From: an uncultured bacterium
Lineage (GTDB): Bacteria > Patescibacteriota > Minisyncoccia > Phycocordibacterales > UBA11359
Assembly: GCA_903831815.1 (NCBI GenBank)
Contig: CAIKZC010000010.1
Location: forward strand, 14,914-78,913
Direction: 5' to 3'
Length of the DNA stretch: 64,000 nucleotides
The notes beneath the pieces were generated by a model. That model was given only the letters and a program-made list of their open reading frames with translations. It made no database searches and was not told the DNA's origin. The translations under genes were made by a program, and so were the position numbers. This document shows, one piece after another, positions 1 to 9,045 of the stretch. Position 1 is the stretch's first letter. Each line of letters starts with the position of its first letter.

Positions 1-278
1 CTTGGCGAGTTTATGGTCATGAAAAAACAAGCGCTGCGGATCGAATGCGTGTCGAGAATGAATTGGCTTTGGCTAATCAGCGTGCAATGCTTTTGAAAAC
101 TCAAGTTGATAATTTAAAAACAAAACAAGGAGTGGATGATGAGATACGTTCGAAATTTAACGTAGTTAAAGAAAATGAAGGAGTTGCGGTTATTGTGACT
201 GGCACAAGTGGTGTCAGCACGTCAACAATTCCGGCTGAGGAAAGATCGTGGTGGCAAAAGATGTTTGACATATTTTAG
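1..278 (+). CDS. Septum formation initiator (FtsB/DivIC-like) coiled-coil protein, 5'-partial
   Basis: Coiled coil followed by 'GVDDEIRSKFNVVKENEGVAVIV', resembling the FtsB/DivIC motif; the TAG stop overlaps the first base of tRNA-Gly. Confidence 0.6.
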   Translation, partial: WRVYGHEKTSAADRMRVENELALANQRAMLLKTQVDNLKTKQGVDDEIRSKFNVVKENEGVAVIVTGTSGVSTSTIPAEERSWWQKMFDIF

Positions 279-351
279 CGGGATTAGTTTAGTGGTAGAA
301 CTTGTGCTTCCCAAGCATAGGGCGCCAGTTCGATTCTGGCATCCCGCACCA
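278..351 (+). tRNA. tRNA-Gly(CCC)
   Basis: Acceptor stem GCGGGAT/ATCCCGC, anticodon loop TT-CCC-AA, T-loop TTCGATT, encoded CCA. Confidence 0.95.
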
Positions 352-446
352 CAAGAAGTTTTTTTATGTTCTATTTTTGAAAATTTTGGAGGATATGTTA
401 CGGGTATGTTATAATCGGAAAATATCATTAATATTTGAAATATATC

Positions 447-680
447 ATGAAAAACATAACGATTTATTCAACGCCGACGTGTCACTTCTGTAATTTAGCC
501 AAGGATTTCTTCATTGAGCACAATATCGCATACACGGAATATGATGTGGCGGCCGATGTTAAAAAACGTCAAGAAATGGTTGATAAGACCGGCCAAATGG
601 GCGTGCCTGTCATTGATATTGATGGAGAGATCATGGTCGGATTTAACGAAGAAGCCATGGCAAAAGCCCTTGGTATATAG
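447..680 (+). CDS. Glutaredoxin/NrdH-like redoxin
   Basis: 'IYSTPTCHFC' CxxC motif and 'GQMGVPVIDIDG' cis-Pro motif. Confidence 0.9.
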   Translation: MKNITIYSTPTCHFCNLAKDFFIEHNIAYTEYDVAADVKKRQEMVDKTGQMGVPVIDIDGEIMVGFNEEAMAKALGI

Positions 681-705
681 TCCAAAAACAGCTTAAAAGT
701 GCCCT

Positions 706-730
706 AAAAGCCTCATAGCGAGGCTTTTTT
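706..730 (+). terminator. Intrinsic terminator
   Basis: AAAAGCCTC-atagc-GAGGCTTTT followed by a T-run, downstream of the glutaredoxin. Confidence 0.7.
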
Positions 731-763
731 GTTGCTCTGGTCTATGTTATAGTTTCCGTGCCT

Positions 764-835
764 GCCCTCGTAGTTCAACGGATAGAACGATTCCGTCCTA
801 AGGAATAAATGTAGGTTCAATTCCTGCCGGGGGCA
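764..835 (+). tRNA. tRNA-Arg(CCT)
   Basis: Acceptor GCCCTCG/CGGGGGC, anticodon arm ATTCC-gtCCTaa-GGAAT, T-loop TTCAATT. Confidence 0.92.
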
Positions 836-887
836 CAAATCTTCAGTCTTTGTTTTTCGGCATATCTGTGTTATCCTAGAAAAACCG

Positions 888-1142
888 ATGGATGAACAAG
901 AGCGAAAAATGCTTGAAGAAGTGGTAGCACTTTCTCGAGAAAATAACGTTGCGATTCGCAAGTTGATGGCTTCTCATCGACGAACTGTGATTTGGCGTTC
1001 TATCTATTGGACAATCATAATCGGAAGTACTATTGCGGCTTATTATTCGATCCAGCCGTACATGACTTCGCTCATCAGTTTGTATAGCGGTCAAGATATT
1101 AGTAAAGTTCTTGATACCTTCAACGCTTCGACGAGTCATTAA
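888..1142 (+). CDS. Small single-TM hypothetical protein
   Basis: 84-aa ORF with one hydrophobic helix (IYWTIIIGSTIAAYY), between two tRNA genes. Confidence 0.7.
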   Translation: MDEQERKMLEEVVALSRENNVAIRKLMASHRRTVIWRSIYWTIIIGSTIAAYYSIQPYMTSLISLYSGQDISKVLDTFNASTSH

Positions 1143-1144
1143 AT

Positions 1145-1220
1145 GCTGAGGTAGCTCAGTTGGTAGAGCATTTCCCTGAAGAGGAAGGGGTCGCCGGTTC
1201 GATCCCGGCCCTCAGCACCA
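1145..1220 (+). tRNA. tRNA-Phe(GAA)
   Basis: Acceptor GCTGAGG/CCTCAGC, loop CT-GAA-GA, encoded CCA. Confidence 0.95.
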
Positions 1221-1221
1221 T

Positions 1222-1258
1222 AACAAAAAACCGCCTATTACTTTGGCGGTTTTTTGTT
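1222..1258. terminator. Bidirectional intrinsic terminator
   Basis: AACAAAAAACCGCC...GGCGGTTTTTTGTT between the convergent tRNA-Phe and Hsp20 genes. Confidence 0.8.
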
Positions 1259-1734
1259 TAAACAGATTTAACGCGGAGTTTGGCTTGTCTTCGTTTATCT
1301 ATTTTTGGCAGACGGATTGTAAGCAAACCATGTTTTTGTGTCGCCTCAGCTTCTTCAACCTCGATCTCTTGCGGTAATGCAATCGTTCTTGAGAATGAAC
1401 CCCAATACAATTCGCGGCAGAAATAATCATCGTCGGTGACTTCGCGAACACCTTCTCGCTTGCCTTTGATCGTAACGGTATCTCGTCCGATGGAAATATC
1501 CAATTCATTTGGGTCCATGCCGGAAACCATGGCTTTGATAATGATATCATCAGGAGTTTGGTAAACATCAACGGTCAATTCGCCTTCAGGTTCTTCTTCA
1601 CCCCATTCACTTTTTATCGGCAAATGAGAAACGGGTTTTTTAGTTTCTTCCTCCTCTTCAACTTCCGGCTCCAATTCGTCGTCAATCTTGACGGTGCCGG
1701 TTAGTCTTTCAAAAAAAGATCTTTTTTCTTTCAT
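1258..1734 (-). CDS. Hsp20/alpha-crystallin small heat shock protein
   Basis: 'VDVYQT...RELYWGSFSRTIALP...ATQKHGLLTIRLPK'. Confidence 0.95.
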   Translation of the reverse strand: MKEKRSFFERLTGTVKIDDELEPEVEEEEETKKPVSHLPIKSEWGEEEPEGELTVDVYQTPDDIIIKAMVSGMDPNELDISIGRDTVTIKGKREGVREVTDDDYFCRELYWGSFSRTIALPQEIEVEEAEATQKHGLLTIRLPKIDKRRQAKLRVKSV

Positions 1735-1736
1735 GT

Positions 1737-2474
1737 TTATAAATTATTTTTTAATAAAATCTGAGTTACCGGCGCTCTCATTCTTTTGATCTCTTCAAAA
1801 ACGAGGGCGAAACCTATCATTGTTATCCAGACTATCGAGAATATTAGGAAAATGCTGCCGCTACTTCCATCTATTATAAATAAATTAAAGATTGTATGCA
1901 ATACGATGGCCACAAATATGCCGCCGACAGCCCAAAATATTTTTTTAGCCTTGGATTTGTAAAAGCTCCAAGCCATGGCGATACCGATCGTTGATGAAGC
2001 GACAACGTGCAACAAATTGGCGCCGATAAAGCGCAAATTGGTCAGGAAAATAGTGCTATATATACTTGTATTGATTATTGCAGGCGTTCCTGAAACCGAG
2101 CTATTTAGAATAAATAACGTGTTTTCAAGGGCGGCAAAACCAAGAGCGGCGCACATCATATAAATAACAGCATCAAGCGGTTCGTCGAATTGTTTGGTGT
2201 GAAGGGCGGCGATGTAAGCGGCCGAAAACTTCAAAATTTCTTCAACGGCGGCCCAAGCGGTAAAACGCCAAAATGGAGTAGGTGAATTCTGATAAAAAAA
2301 TGCTTCAAGAGGAATTGCCAGAAAAATCATGGACATACCGGTCGTAAAAGTGAAAGCTAAAGTTGAACGCGGCTCGGGATGTTCTTTGTCTTCGTGAAGC
2401 CAAAACCACAACCAAACAAGTGCCGGCAAGAGGCCGGCAAAAAAGGCATAAACGATCGTTTCAAAAATATTCAT
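1737..2474 (-). CDS. prsW: PrsW-family intramembrane glutamic protease
   Basis: 'HPEP', 'AAVEEILKF', 'ALGFAALEN', 'LLHVV', 'LHTIFN' motifs; multi-TM. Confidence 0.9.
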   Translation of the reverse strand: MNIFETIVYAFFAGLLPALVWLWFWLHEDKEHPEPRSTLAFTFTTGMSMIFLAIPLEAFFYQNSPTPFWRFTAWAAVEEILKFSAAYIAALHTKQFDEPLDAVIYMMCAALGFAALENTLFILNSSVSGTPAIINTSIYSTIFLTNLRFIGANLLHVVASSTIGIAMAWSFYKSKAKKIFWAVGGIFVAIVLHTIFNLFIIDGSSGSIFLIFSIVWITMIGFALVFEEIKRMRAPVTQILLKNNL

Positions 2475-2476
2475 TA

Positions 2477-4681
2477 CTATATTATAGGCCAATTTTCCAC
2501 AATCAGCATCTTATCTGAGTTGGGGATAATTAATGACCAGAGTTCTTCGGTCACAAATGGCATAAATGGATGAAGAACTTTAAGAGAAGTCGTTAAAATC
2601 GTAAGCAAAGTTTTCTGACGGGAATTTTTGGCGGCGATATCGGCGCCAGCGAGGATCGGTTTACTTTGTTCGATTATAACATCGGCAAATTCACTCCAGA
2701 TATAATGGTAAATTTTTTCGGCAGCCATGTAGAAACGATATTCTTCGATATCTTTAGTGACGTCGACAACTTGAGCGTTGAGGGCGTCGATGAGCGCTTG
2801 ATCGGCTGGCAAAATCGTAATTTTTGTGGAAGCATTTTCCTCCGGCATATCCGTCGTGCTGGTCAAAACGAAACGAGCGATGTTCCAAATCTTGTTGGCG
2901 AAATGTTTATAACCTTTGATTTTGTCTTCGGAAAGTTTGCTGTCAGTGCCGGCACTTCCTGACATGATAAGAGCCATGCGACCAGCGTCGGCACCGTATT
3001 TGTCAGCTACATCTATCGGATCGATACCGTTGCCGAGTGACTTGGACATTTTTTGACCCTTGGCATCGCGAACTGTGCCGTGTAAATAAACGGTATGAAA
3101 GGGAATTGTGCCGATATGATATCCGGTCATAAGGATCATGCGAGCCACCCAGAAGAAAAGGATTTCGTAACCGGTTTCTAGGACGTCGGTTGGGTGATAA
3201 ATTTCCATGTCTTGTGTTTTTTCCGGCCAACCCAAAGTTGAAAACGTCCAAAGACCGGAAGAAAACCAAGTGTCAAGGGTGTCCTCGTCTTGTGTCCAAC
3301 CTTCTTCTTTCGGTGCTTCTATTCCGCAATAAATTTCTTTACCTTTATACCATACAGGAATGCGATGACCGTACCAGATCTGACGGCTGATGCACCAATC
3401 ACGCAAATTTTCGATCCAATGAAAATAAGTTTTGTCAAAATATTCAGGGATAATTTGAATTTGTTTTGAACTAACAGTTTTGGACATTATTTCTTTGAGG
3501 GTGGTTTCTGAACCGCTCGCAATGCCTTCAATGTTGGAATTTTTGATCGTAAATTTTTTATTTACAGCCACGAACCACTGATTCATGATTTGTGGTTCGA
3601 TCATGCCGCCAGTGCGTTCTGCTGTGGCGGTATTGTGAGTATAATCCTCTTCTTTTTCCACCAAGCCTTTAGATCGAAGTTTTTCAACTATTTTTGCTCG
3701 TGCATCGGTTATTTTCATTCCGGAAAATTCACCAGTAATAGGCAAAAGTTTTCCATATTTATCAATAATCTGCTCTTTGTCCAAATTGTGTCGCTCGGCT
3801 ATTTCAAAGTCCACAACAGAGTGCCAAGGAGTAATGGTCATAACGCCAGTTCCGAATTCCATATCGATGGCCGTATCTTTGATAACGGTGGCAGTGATTG
3901 GTCCGTTAATCCATTCCAAATCGATTTTTTGGCCGTCTTTGTATTCAGCATAGCGTTTGTCATCAGGATGCATGACGACGTATTTGTCACCAAACTTTGT
4001 CTCGGGACGCGAAGTACCAATAACGAAAGGTCCATATTTAAAATAATAGAATTTGGTTTTTTCTTCTTTGTAAACAATCTCGTCGTCGGAAATCGTGGTC
4101 TGACCTTTTGGATCCCAGTTAACAATACGTTTGCCTTGGTAGATTAAGCCGTCATCGAACATGTTTTTGAAGGCTGTACGAACAGCCAAACTTCTTTTTT
4201 CATCTAGAGTAAAAGCTTCACGAGTCCAATCGACGGAAGCACCGGTGCGTTTAACTTGTTCGACGATTGTGTCGTGGCTTTCTTGGGCAAATTTTTCGAT
4301 GCGTTTCAGCAATTCTTCGCGACCGAGGTCGTGACGATTTTTACCTTCTTTTTTGGCAATATCTTTTTCAACTTTTGATTGAGTGGCGATAGCGGCGTGA
4401 TCGGTTCCAGGAAGCCAAAGTGTGCGACGGCCGTTCATTCGATAATATCGAATCATGAGATCCTCGATGGCGATCATCAAAGCGTGTCCCATGTGCAAAA
4501 TACCAGTGACGTTTGGCGGAGGTAAAATAATAGTGTACGGCTTGGCGTCAGCTTTTGTGTAGCCTTTTTTGATGCAAGTTTCGGGATTAAAAAAACCGCT
4601 TGCTTCCCAAGTTTTGTAAATGCGTTGTTCTGTCTCTTTCGGATCGTACGGTTTTAAAAGTTTTTCCGGGATTTGGTTCAT
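2477..4681 (-). CDS. valS: Valine--tRNA ligase (short form lacking the C-terminal coiled coil)
   Basis: 'PPPNVTGILHMGH', 'DWCISRQIWYGHRIP', 'DTLDTWFSS', 'KMSKS'. Confidence 0.98.
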   Translation of the reverse strand: MNQIPEKLLKPYDPKETEQRIYKTWEASGFFNPETCIKKGYTKADAKPYTIILPPPNVTGILHMGHALMIAIEDLMIRYYRMNGRRTLWLPGTDHAAIATQSKVEKDIAKKEGKNRHDLGREELLKRIEKFAQESHDTIVEQVKRTGASVDWTREAFTLDEKRSLAVRTAFKNMFDDGLIYQGKRIVNWDPKGQTTISDDEIVYKEEKTKFYYFKYGPFVIGTSRPETKFGDKYVVMHPDDKRYAEYKDGQKIDLEWINGPITATVIKDTAIDMEFGTGVMTITPWHSVVDFEIAERHNLDKEQIIDKYGKLLPITGEFSGMKITDARAKIVEKLRSKGLVEKEEDYTHNTATAERTGGMIEPQIMNQWFVAVNKKFTIKNSNIEGIASGSETTLKEIMSKTVSSKQIQIIPEYFDKTYFHWIENLRDWCISRQIWYGHRIPVWYKGKEIYCGIEAPKEEGWTQDEDTLDTWFSSGLWTFSTLGWPEKTQDMEIYHPTDVLETGYEILFFWVARMILMTGYHIGTIPFHTVYLHGTVRDAKGQKMSKSLGNGIDPIDVADKYGADAGRMALIMSGSAGTDSKLSEDKIKGYKHFANKIWNIARFVLTSTTDMPEENASTKITILPADQALIDALNAQVVDVTKDIEEYRFYMAAEKIYHYIWSEFADVIIEQSKPILAGADIAAKNSRQKTLLTILTTSLKVLHPFMPFVTEELWSLIIPNSDKMLIVENWPII

Positions 4682-4723
4682 TTTAATTAACTGTAAATTG
4701 ATTGTGAAAATTGCTTGCGCGGT

Positions 4724-4879
4724 TTAATCTGGTTTATATTTCATTATTAACATTGCCCCGATAGTCAAGCAGAGCCAGAAAACAATAAAAGCCCAAAGAT
4801 AGGTTTGAAAATAATAAACAATTGCCACGCTCGCAGCTATTCCGGCAAATAAGATTAAGTATCCCAAAGCTCCTTTCAT
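4724..4879 (-). CDS. Small two-TM membrane protein (51 aa, below the ORF-track cutoff)
   Basis: Manual translation MKGALGYLILFAGIAASVAIVYYFQTYLWAFIVFWLCLTIGAMLIMKYKPD*; fills the tsaD-valS gap on the same strand. Confidence 0.6.
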   Translation of the reverse strand: MKGALGYLILFAGIAASVAIVYYFQTYLWAFIVFWLCLTIGAMLIMKYKPD

Positions 4880-4927
4880 GGTTGTATCTTAGCAAAAAGT
4901 TGCTATATATTCAATTTATCAACAAAC

Positions 4928-6184
4928 CTAGAGGCTCAGGTTGCCGACGGCTTTAAAATCGGTGCGCGAATGACGACCAAGAAGGAAATTGAAATAGCCG
5001 GCGACAGCGATCATGACAGCATTGTCGGTGGAAATAATGGTTGGCGGAATAATGAGATGGATGTGAGGCGATTGCAAGATCATTTTTTCAAAGGCGGTGC
5101 GAATGTGAGTGTTGGCTGTGACGCCGCCACCGAGGATCAGATTTTTCACGCCAAATTCATCAAAAGCTTTTTCGGTTTTGTAAACCAAGACGTCGGTGAC
5201 GGCGTTTTGAAACTCTTCAGCGATGACGGATTTGAGTTCGGGGGATAGATTTGTCGCGAGGTCCGGATTGGCATCTTTGATCTTTTTAATGAAATAAAGA
5301 ACGGAAGTTTTTAGGCCGGAAAAAGAAAAATCAAAATCTTTGGAGTCAATCATTGGGCGAGGGAATACGACGTTGTATTTTTCTTTGATTTCTCGACGCT
5401 TTTGTTCGTTGAATTGCTCGGCGAGTTTACTGATCTCCGGACCGCCTGGATATGGTAGGTCCAGCATGCGGGCCACTTTGTCAAAAGCTTCACCAACGGC
5501 ATCGTCTTTGGTTTGTCCGATGACTTGATAGTCAAGCCAATCTTTTATGACGACAAGTTCCGTATGACCGCCGCTAATGATGAGTGAAAGAGCGGGGAAA
5601 GCGATTTTTTGTAATTGATGCGCTTCAATGAGAGGCGAGAGCACGTGACCTTCGAGGTGATTGACCGGATAGACCGGCATGTTCCAAGCAATCGCTAGTG
5701 CTTTGGAAAAGTTGACTCCAACCCAAAGCGCTGGCTCGAGTCCCGGACCCATAGTCACCGAAATCATATCGATGGCAGGTCGATCGTATGTGTTAATGAA
5801 TTGCCAAAAATCTTCAAAAAGCCCTATCTCACGCTCGAGCAACGTTTGCAGCTGACTTTTTTTGGCCGCTAAAGTTTGCAAAAATTCCGTCGATTTGTTT
5901 GGCGATTTTTCTGAGTTTTTTTCCGAATCATTTGTCCGTTCAGATTGAATCGGCAACAGAACGTCAGCCTCCTTCAAAGCCTGTCCCAAAAGTGGCACCA
6001 GATTTTTAGCATGCTCGCGTTTAGCTAGAGCAGGAAAAACCCCGCCATATTCCTTGTGAATCGCGATTTGTGAATATAATGCATTACCAAGCACTTTAAA
6101 TTGTGCGGTCGAAACATCACCTTGCGCTTCAAGGAGACAAACCGCCGTTTCGTCGCAACTTGTTTCAATTCCTAAAATTTTCAT
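4928..6184 (-). CDS. tsaD: tRNA threonylcarbamoyladenosine biosynthesis protein TsaD
   Basis: 'ILGIETSCDET', 'NHLEGH', 'SGGHT', 'DDAVGEAFDKVAR', 'TDNAVMIA'; carries a long insertion. Confidence 0.97.
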   Translation of the reverse strand: MKILGIETSCDETAVCLLEAQGDVSTAQFKVLGNALYSQIAIHKEYGGVFPALAKREHAKNLVPLLGQALKEADVLLPIQSERTNDSEKNSEKSPNKSTEFLQTLAAKKSQLQTLLEREIGLFEDFWQFINTYDRPAIDMISVTMGPGLEPALWVGVNFSKALAIAWNMPVYPVNHLEGHVLSPLIEAHQLQKIAFPALSLIISGGHTELVVIKDWLDYQVIGQTKDDAVGEAFDKVARMLDLPYPGGPEISKLAEQFNEQKRREIKEKYNVVFPRPMIDSKDFDFSFSGLKTSVLYFIKKIKDANPDLATNLSPELKSVIAEEFQNAVTDVLVYKTEKAFDEFGVKNLILGGGVTANTHIRTAFEKMILQSPHIHLIIPPTIISTDNAVMIAVAGYFNFLLGRHSRTDFKAVGNLSL

Positions 6185-6247
6185 ATAATTTAGTATACAG
6201 AAAGGCTCTCGATATTGCTATCGAGAGCCGGGCGGTTGTTATATAAC

Positions 6248-6607
6248 TCATTGACACTTAAGGACTAGAGATGGGTCTGCAATCAGTACACCCTTAACGC
6301 TGATGCCATCAATCGCAAAGTCGAAGTTCATGCCCAAGACACGTTTCTTGTCTCTTCGATAAAACACGCACGAAGCAGACATAGATCCGGTCGTTGTGAA
6401 TTGAACGTTCACTACAAGCCGCGTTGAGATTTCATAGGCGATAGCCCAATACTGGCTCCATTCTTGAGGCGCATCAAGCCCCAAAAATTTTTTGCAAGAT
6501 GGGCCGATGAAACTGATGGATTCATCAAATCGTTCCCTTTGCATGGAAAGGCGACTCATTGCATGGCGTACGTCCTGAGAGACTGAGATAGAGATATTCT
6601 TAATCAC
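6248..6607 (-). CDS. Hypothetical protein (orphan with its own SD and terminator)
   Basis: 119-aa ORF; AAGGAG before the GTG start; hairpin GGCTCTCGAT/ATCGAGAGCC at ~6204-6229. Confidence 0.55.
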   Translation of the reverse strand: MIKNISISVSQDVRHAMSRLSMQRERFDESISFIGPSCKKFLGLDAPQEWSQYWAIAYEISTRLVVNVQFTTTGSMSASCVFYRRDKKRVLGMNFDFAIDGISVKGVLIADPSLVLKCQ

Positions 6608-6710
6608 CGTGATTCTCCTTTTGGAAATGGCTCACTGCGGCCAGTTGAACATCGGTGGCACAATACCACCTCTCTAATCCAAATAATATAAGACAATTAT
6701 AAAAAGTCAA

Positions 6711-6785
6711 TGGTCGGGGCACTGGGATTTGAACCCAGAGTCTTACGTACCCGAAACGTAAATGTTACCGTTACACTATGCCCCG
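6711..6785 (-). tRNA. tRNA-Pro(CGG)
   Basis: Minus strand CGGGGCA...TGCCCCG-ACCA; anticodon loop centred on CGG. Confidence 0.93.
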
Positions 6786-6805
6786 AATAAAATATTACTT
6801 AAATG

Positions 6806-6879
6806 TGGGCGGTGAGGAATTCGAATCCACGACCCTCGTCACGTCAAGACGATGCTCTAACCAGCTGAGCTAACCGCCC
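6806..6879 (-). tRNA. tRNA-Val(GAC)
   Basis: Minus strand GGGCGGT...ACCGCCC-A; arm TCGTC-ttGACgt-GACGA. Confidence 0.93.
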
Positions 6880-7562
6880 ATCAACTTAATGGTCTTTTCA
6901 CAGAACCTCCTACTAAGATAGACTAATTTTCTCTGTATGGCAACAGTGCAGCAATTAACTACGCAAACACCTTTATAATTTGGGTATGTTGGTTTGCCTA
7001 CAGTTCTTTGATCTATTGATACTTGAGTAAATCTTTCAATTGTGGCATTTAGTTCTTTTGACCAATATTTCTTCATCTCTTGTGGATTTTGGTCGGCACG
7101 TAAGTGTAATGCGTATCGTATTTTTGTTGAATCGATATTATATATTTTCTTCATTCCAATTAAGAAGAATTTTAAAATTAATGGGTCAGAATTTCCGAGA
7201 CACGTTTTGTTCTTTTTTGATCCTTCACCTAGATATAACATAGCTAGCGCGAGTTCAAATGTTTCTTTTGAAGAGAGGTCGATTTTATTTAAAACACTCA
7301 ATGCTTGTTGTTCGGCAAATTCTAACCGATGTTTTTTCTGTGTATTGTGCCAAACAACAGCGTTTTTTCTTGCGTTATTTAATGCGATTTCTGAATTATG
7401 TTTTAGTTTAGCTATTTGTTTTTTGTTTAAGGTAATATTTTTAAACCAACCGCTAAGTGTCGATCTGGGGATTTTTAATCTTTTTTCTATAACAACAATC
7501 GATTCACCTTGTTTTCTTAGATGTAGAGCTTTTGATTTTAATTTGATCCACTTTGATTTCAT
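6870..7562 (-). CDS. HTH plus LAGLIDADG-like putative endonuclease
   Basis: N-terminal HTH ('ALHLRKQGESIVVIEKRLKIPRSTLSGW') and a 'LAMLYLGEGSK' LAGLIDADG-like helix; AT-rich; last codons overlap the tRNA-Val 5' end. Confidence 0.65.
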   Translation of the reverse strand: MKSKWIKLKSKALHLRKQGESIVVIEKRLKIPRSTLSGWFKNITLNKKQIAKLKHNSEIALNNARKNAVVWHNTQKKHRLEFAEQQALSVLNKIDLSSKETFELALAMLYLGEGSKKNKTCLGNSDPLILKFFLIGMKKIYNIDSTKIRYALHLRADQNPQEMKKYWSKELNATIERFTQVSIDQRTVGKPTYPNYKGVCVVNCCTVAIQRKLVYLSRRFCEKTIKLMGG

Positions 7563-7636
7563 TTATCAAGGCTAACATTTCGGAGATAAACTTTTCTAAA
7601 GTTATCAACTTACAAAAATATGCTAGAATACACCCC

Positions 7637-8794
7637 ATGAATTACAAAAAAGAATCACTAAAGAGACATCTGAAATTTCAGGGCAAAATCGAAATTAAAA
7701 ATAAATTCCCAGCGATAAAAACAAAAGATGATTTAAGTGTGGCATATACTCCCGGTGTGGCCGAGGTGTCGTCATTTCTCGCTAAAAATCCGGATCAAGC
7801 GCGAAAGTACTCAATTAAAGGCAACACTATCGCCGTGGTCTCCGACGGCTCGGCGGTTTTGGGTCTTGGCAATATTGGTCCGTACGGCGCGCTGCCCGTG
7901 ATGGAAGGGAAGTCTTTGCTTTTTAAGGAATTTGGCAACGTGGACGCATATCCGATCGTTTTGGCGACGCAGGATACGGAGGAGATCATCAAGATCGTCA
8001 AAGCTATTGCGCCGACTTTTGGCGGCATAAATTTGGAAGATATTTCTTCGCCTCGCTGTTTTGAGGTAGAAGAAAGGTTAATTAAGGAATTGGACATTCC
8101 GGTCTTTCATGATGATCAGCATGGAACGGCGATCGTGATTTTGGCGGCGCTTATCAATAGTTTGAAGTTGGTGAAAAAGCAAAAAGAAAATATAAAAATG
8201 GTGATCTGTGGTGCGGGTGCAGCAGGCATGGCCACCACTAAATTGTTAGTGAAATTTGGAATTAAAAATATTGTTTTGGTTGATTCAAAAGGAATCGTTT
8301 CCAAGGATCGAAAGGACCTCAATGGTGTGAAAATAGAAATGCTCAAGCTGACCAATTCGCAGAACCTTTCTGGAAGTTTAGCTGATGCATTAAAAGGTAC
8401 CGATGTTTTTGTGGGCGTGAGTACTGCCAATATTTTGAAACCGGAATTTATTAAACTTATGGCTGACAAACCAATTATTTTCGCCATGGCCAATCCATGC
8501 CCGGAAATTATGCCCGACCTCGCCAAGAAAGCCGGAGCTTATATCGTCGGTACCGGCCGAAGTGATTTCCCTAATCAGATAAATAATGTACTAGTTTTTC
8601 CCGGTTTGTTTCGTGGTGTTTTAGATAACGGCATCAGGCTCATCACGGATGAAATAAAAATTGCGGTGGCTCAAACGCTTGCCGATTCGCTCGCCAAAAA
8701 AGATCTCAGCGTCGACAAAATCTTGCCGAGCACTTTGGATAAAAGTATCGCGCAGCTCATCTCCAAAAAATTGAAAAAATTCAAAGGAAAATAA
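7637..8794 (+). CDS. NAD(P)-dependent malic enzyme
   Basis: 'AYTPGVA', 'VSDGSAVLGLGNIG', 'PVMEGK', 'INLEDI', 'HDDQHGT', 'GAGAAG'. Confidence 0.96.
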   Translation: MNYKKESLKRHLKFQGKIEIKNKFPAIKTKDDLSVAYTPGVAEVSSFLAKNPDQARKYSIKGNTIAVVSDGSAVLGLGNIGPYGALPVMEGKSLLFKEFGNVDAYPIVLATQDTEEIIKIVKAIAPTFGGINLEDISSPRCFEVEERLIKELDIPVFHDDQHGTAIVILAALINSLKLVKKQKENIKMVICGAGAAGMATTKLLVKFGIKNIVLVDSKGIVSKDRKDLNGVKIEMLKLTNSQNLSGSLADALKGTDVFVGVSTANILKPEFIKLMADKPIIFAMANPCPEIMPDLAKKAGAYIVGTGRSDFPNQINNVLVFPGLFRGVLDNGIRLITDEIKIAVAQTLADSLAKKDLSVDKILPSTLDKSIAQLISKKLKKFKGK

Positions 8795-8819
8795 AATCCA
8801 TTTGAAATGTTTTTATTTC

Positions 8820-8909
8820 TGGCGGAGAGGGGGAGATTCGAACTCCCGAAGAACTTTCGCCCTTGCTGGTTTTCGAAACCAGTGCTTTCGACCACTCAGC
8901 CACCTCTCC
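8820..8909 (-). tRNA. tRNA-Ser(CGA)
   Basis: Minus strand GGAGAGG...CCTCTCC-GCCA, long variable arm, anticodon CGA. Confidence 0.93.
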
Positions 8910-8970
8910 GTGCCTCTAAACCTAACACTTTTTTGCTTTTTTATCAAAAAATGTTATATTCAAGCCTACC

Positions 8971-9045
8971 GGCTCTATCGTCTAACGGTTAGGACACGGC
9001 CTTTTCAAGGCTGGAATCGGGGTTCGATTCCCCGTAGAGTCACCA
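8971..9045 (+). tRNA. tRNA-Glu(TTC); integration target of the island
   Basis: GGCTCTA...TAGAGTC-ACCA; arm CGGCC-ttTTCaa-GGCTG. Confidence 0.95.
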
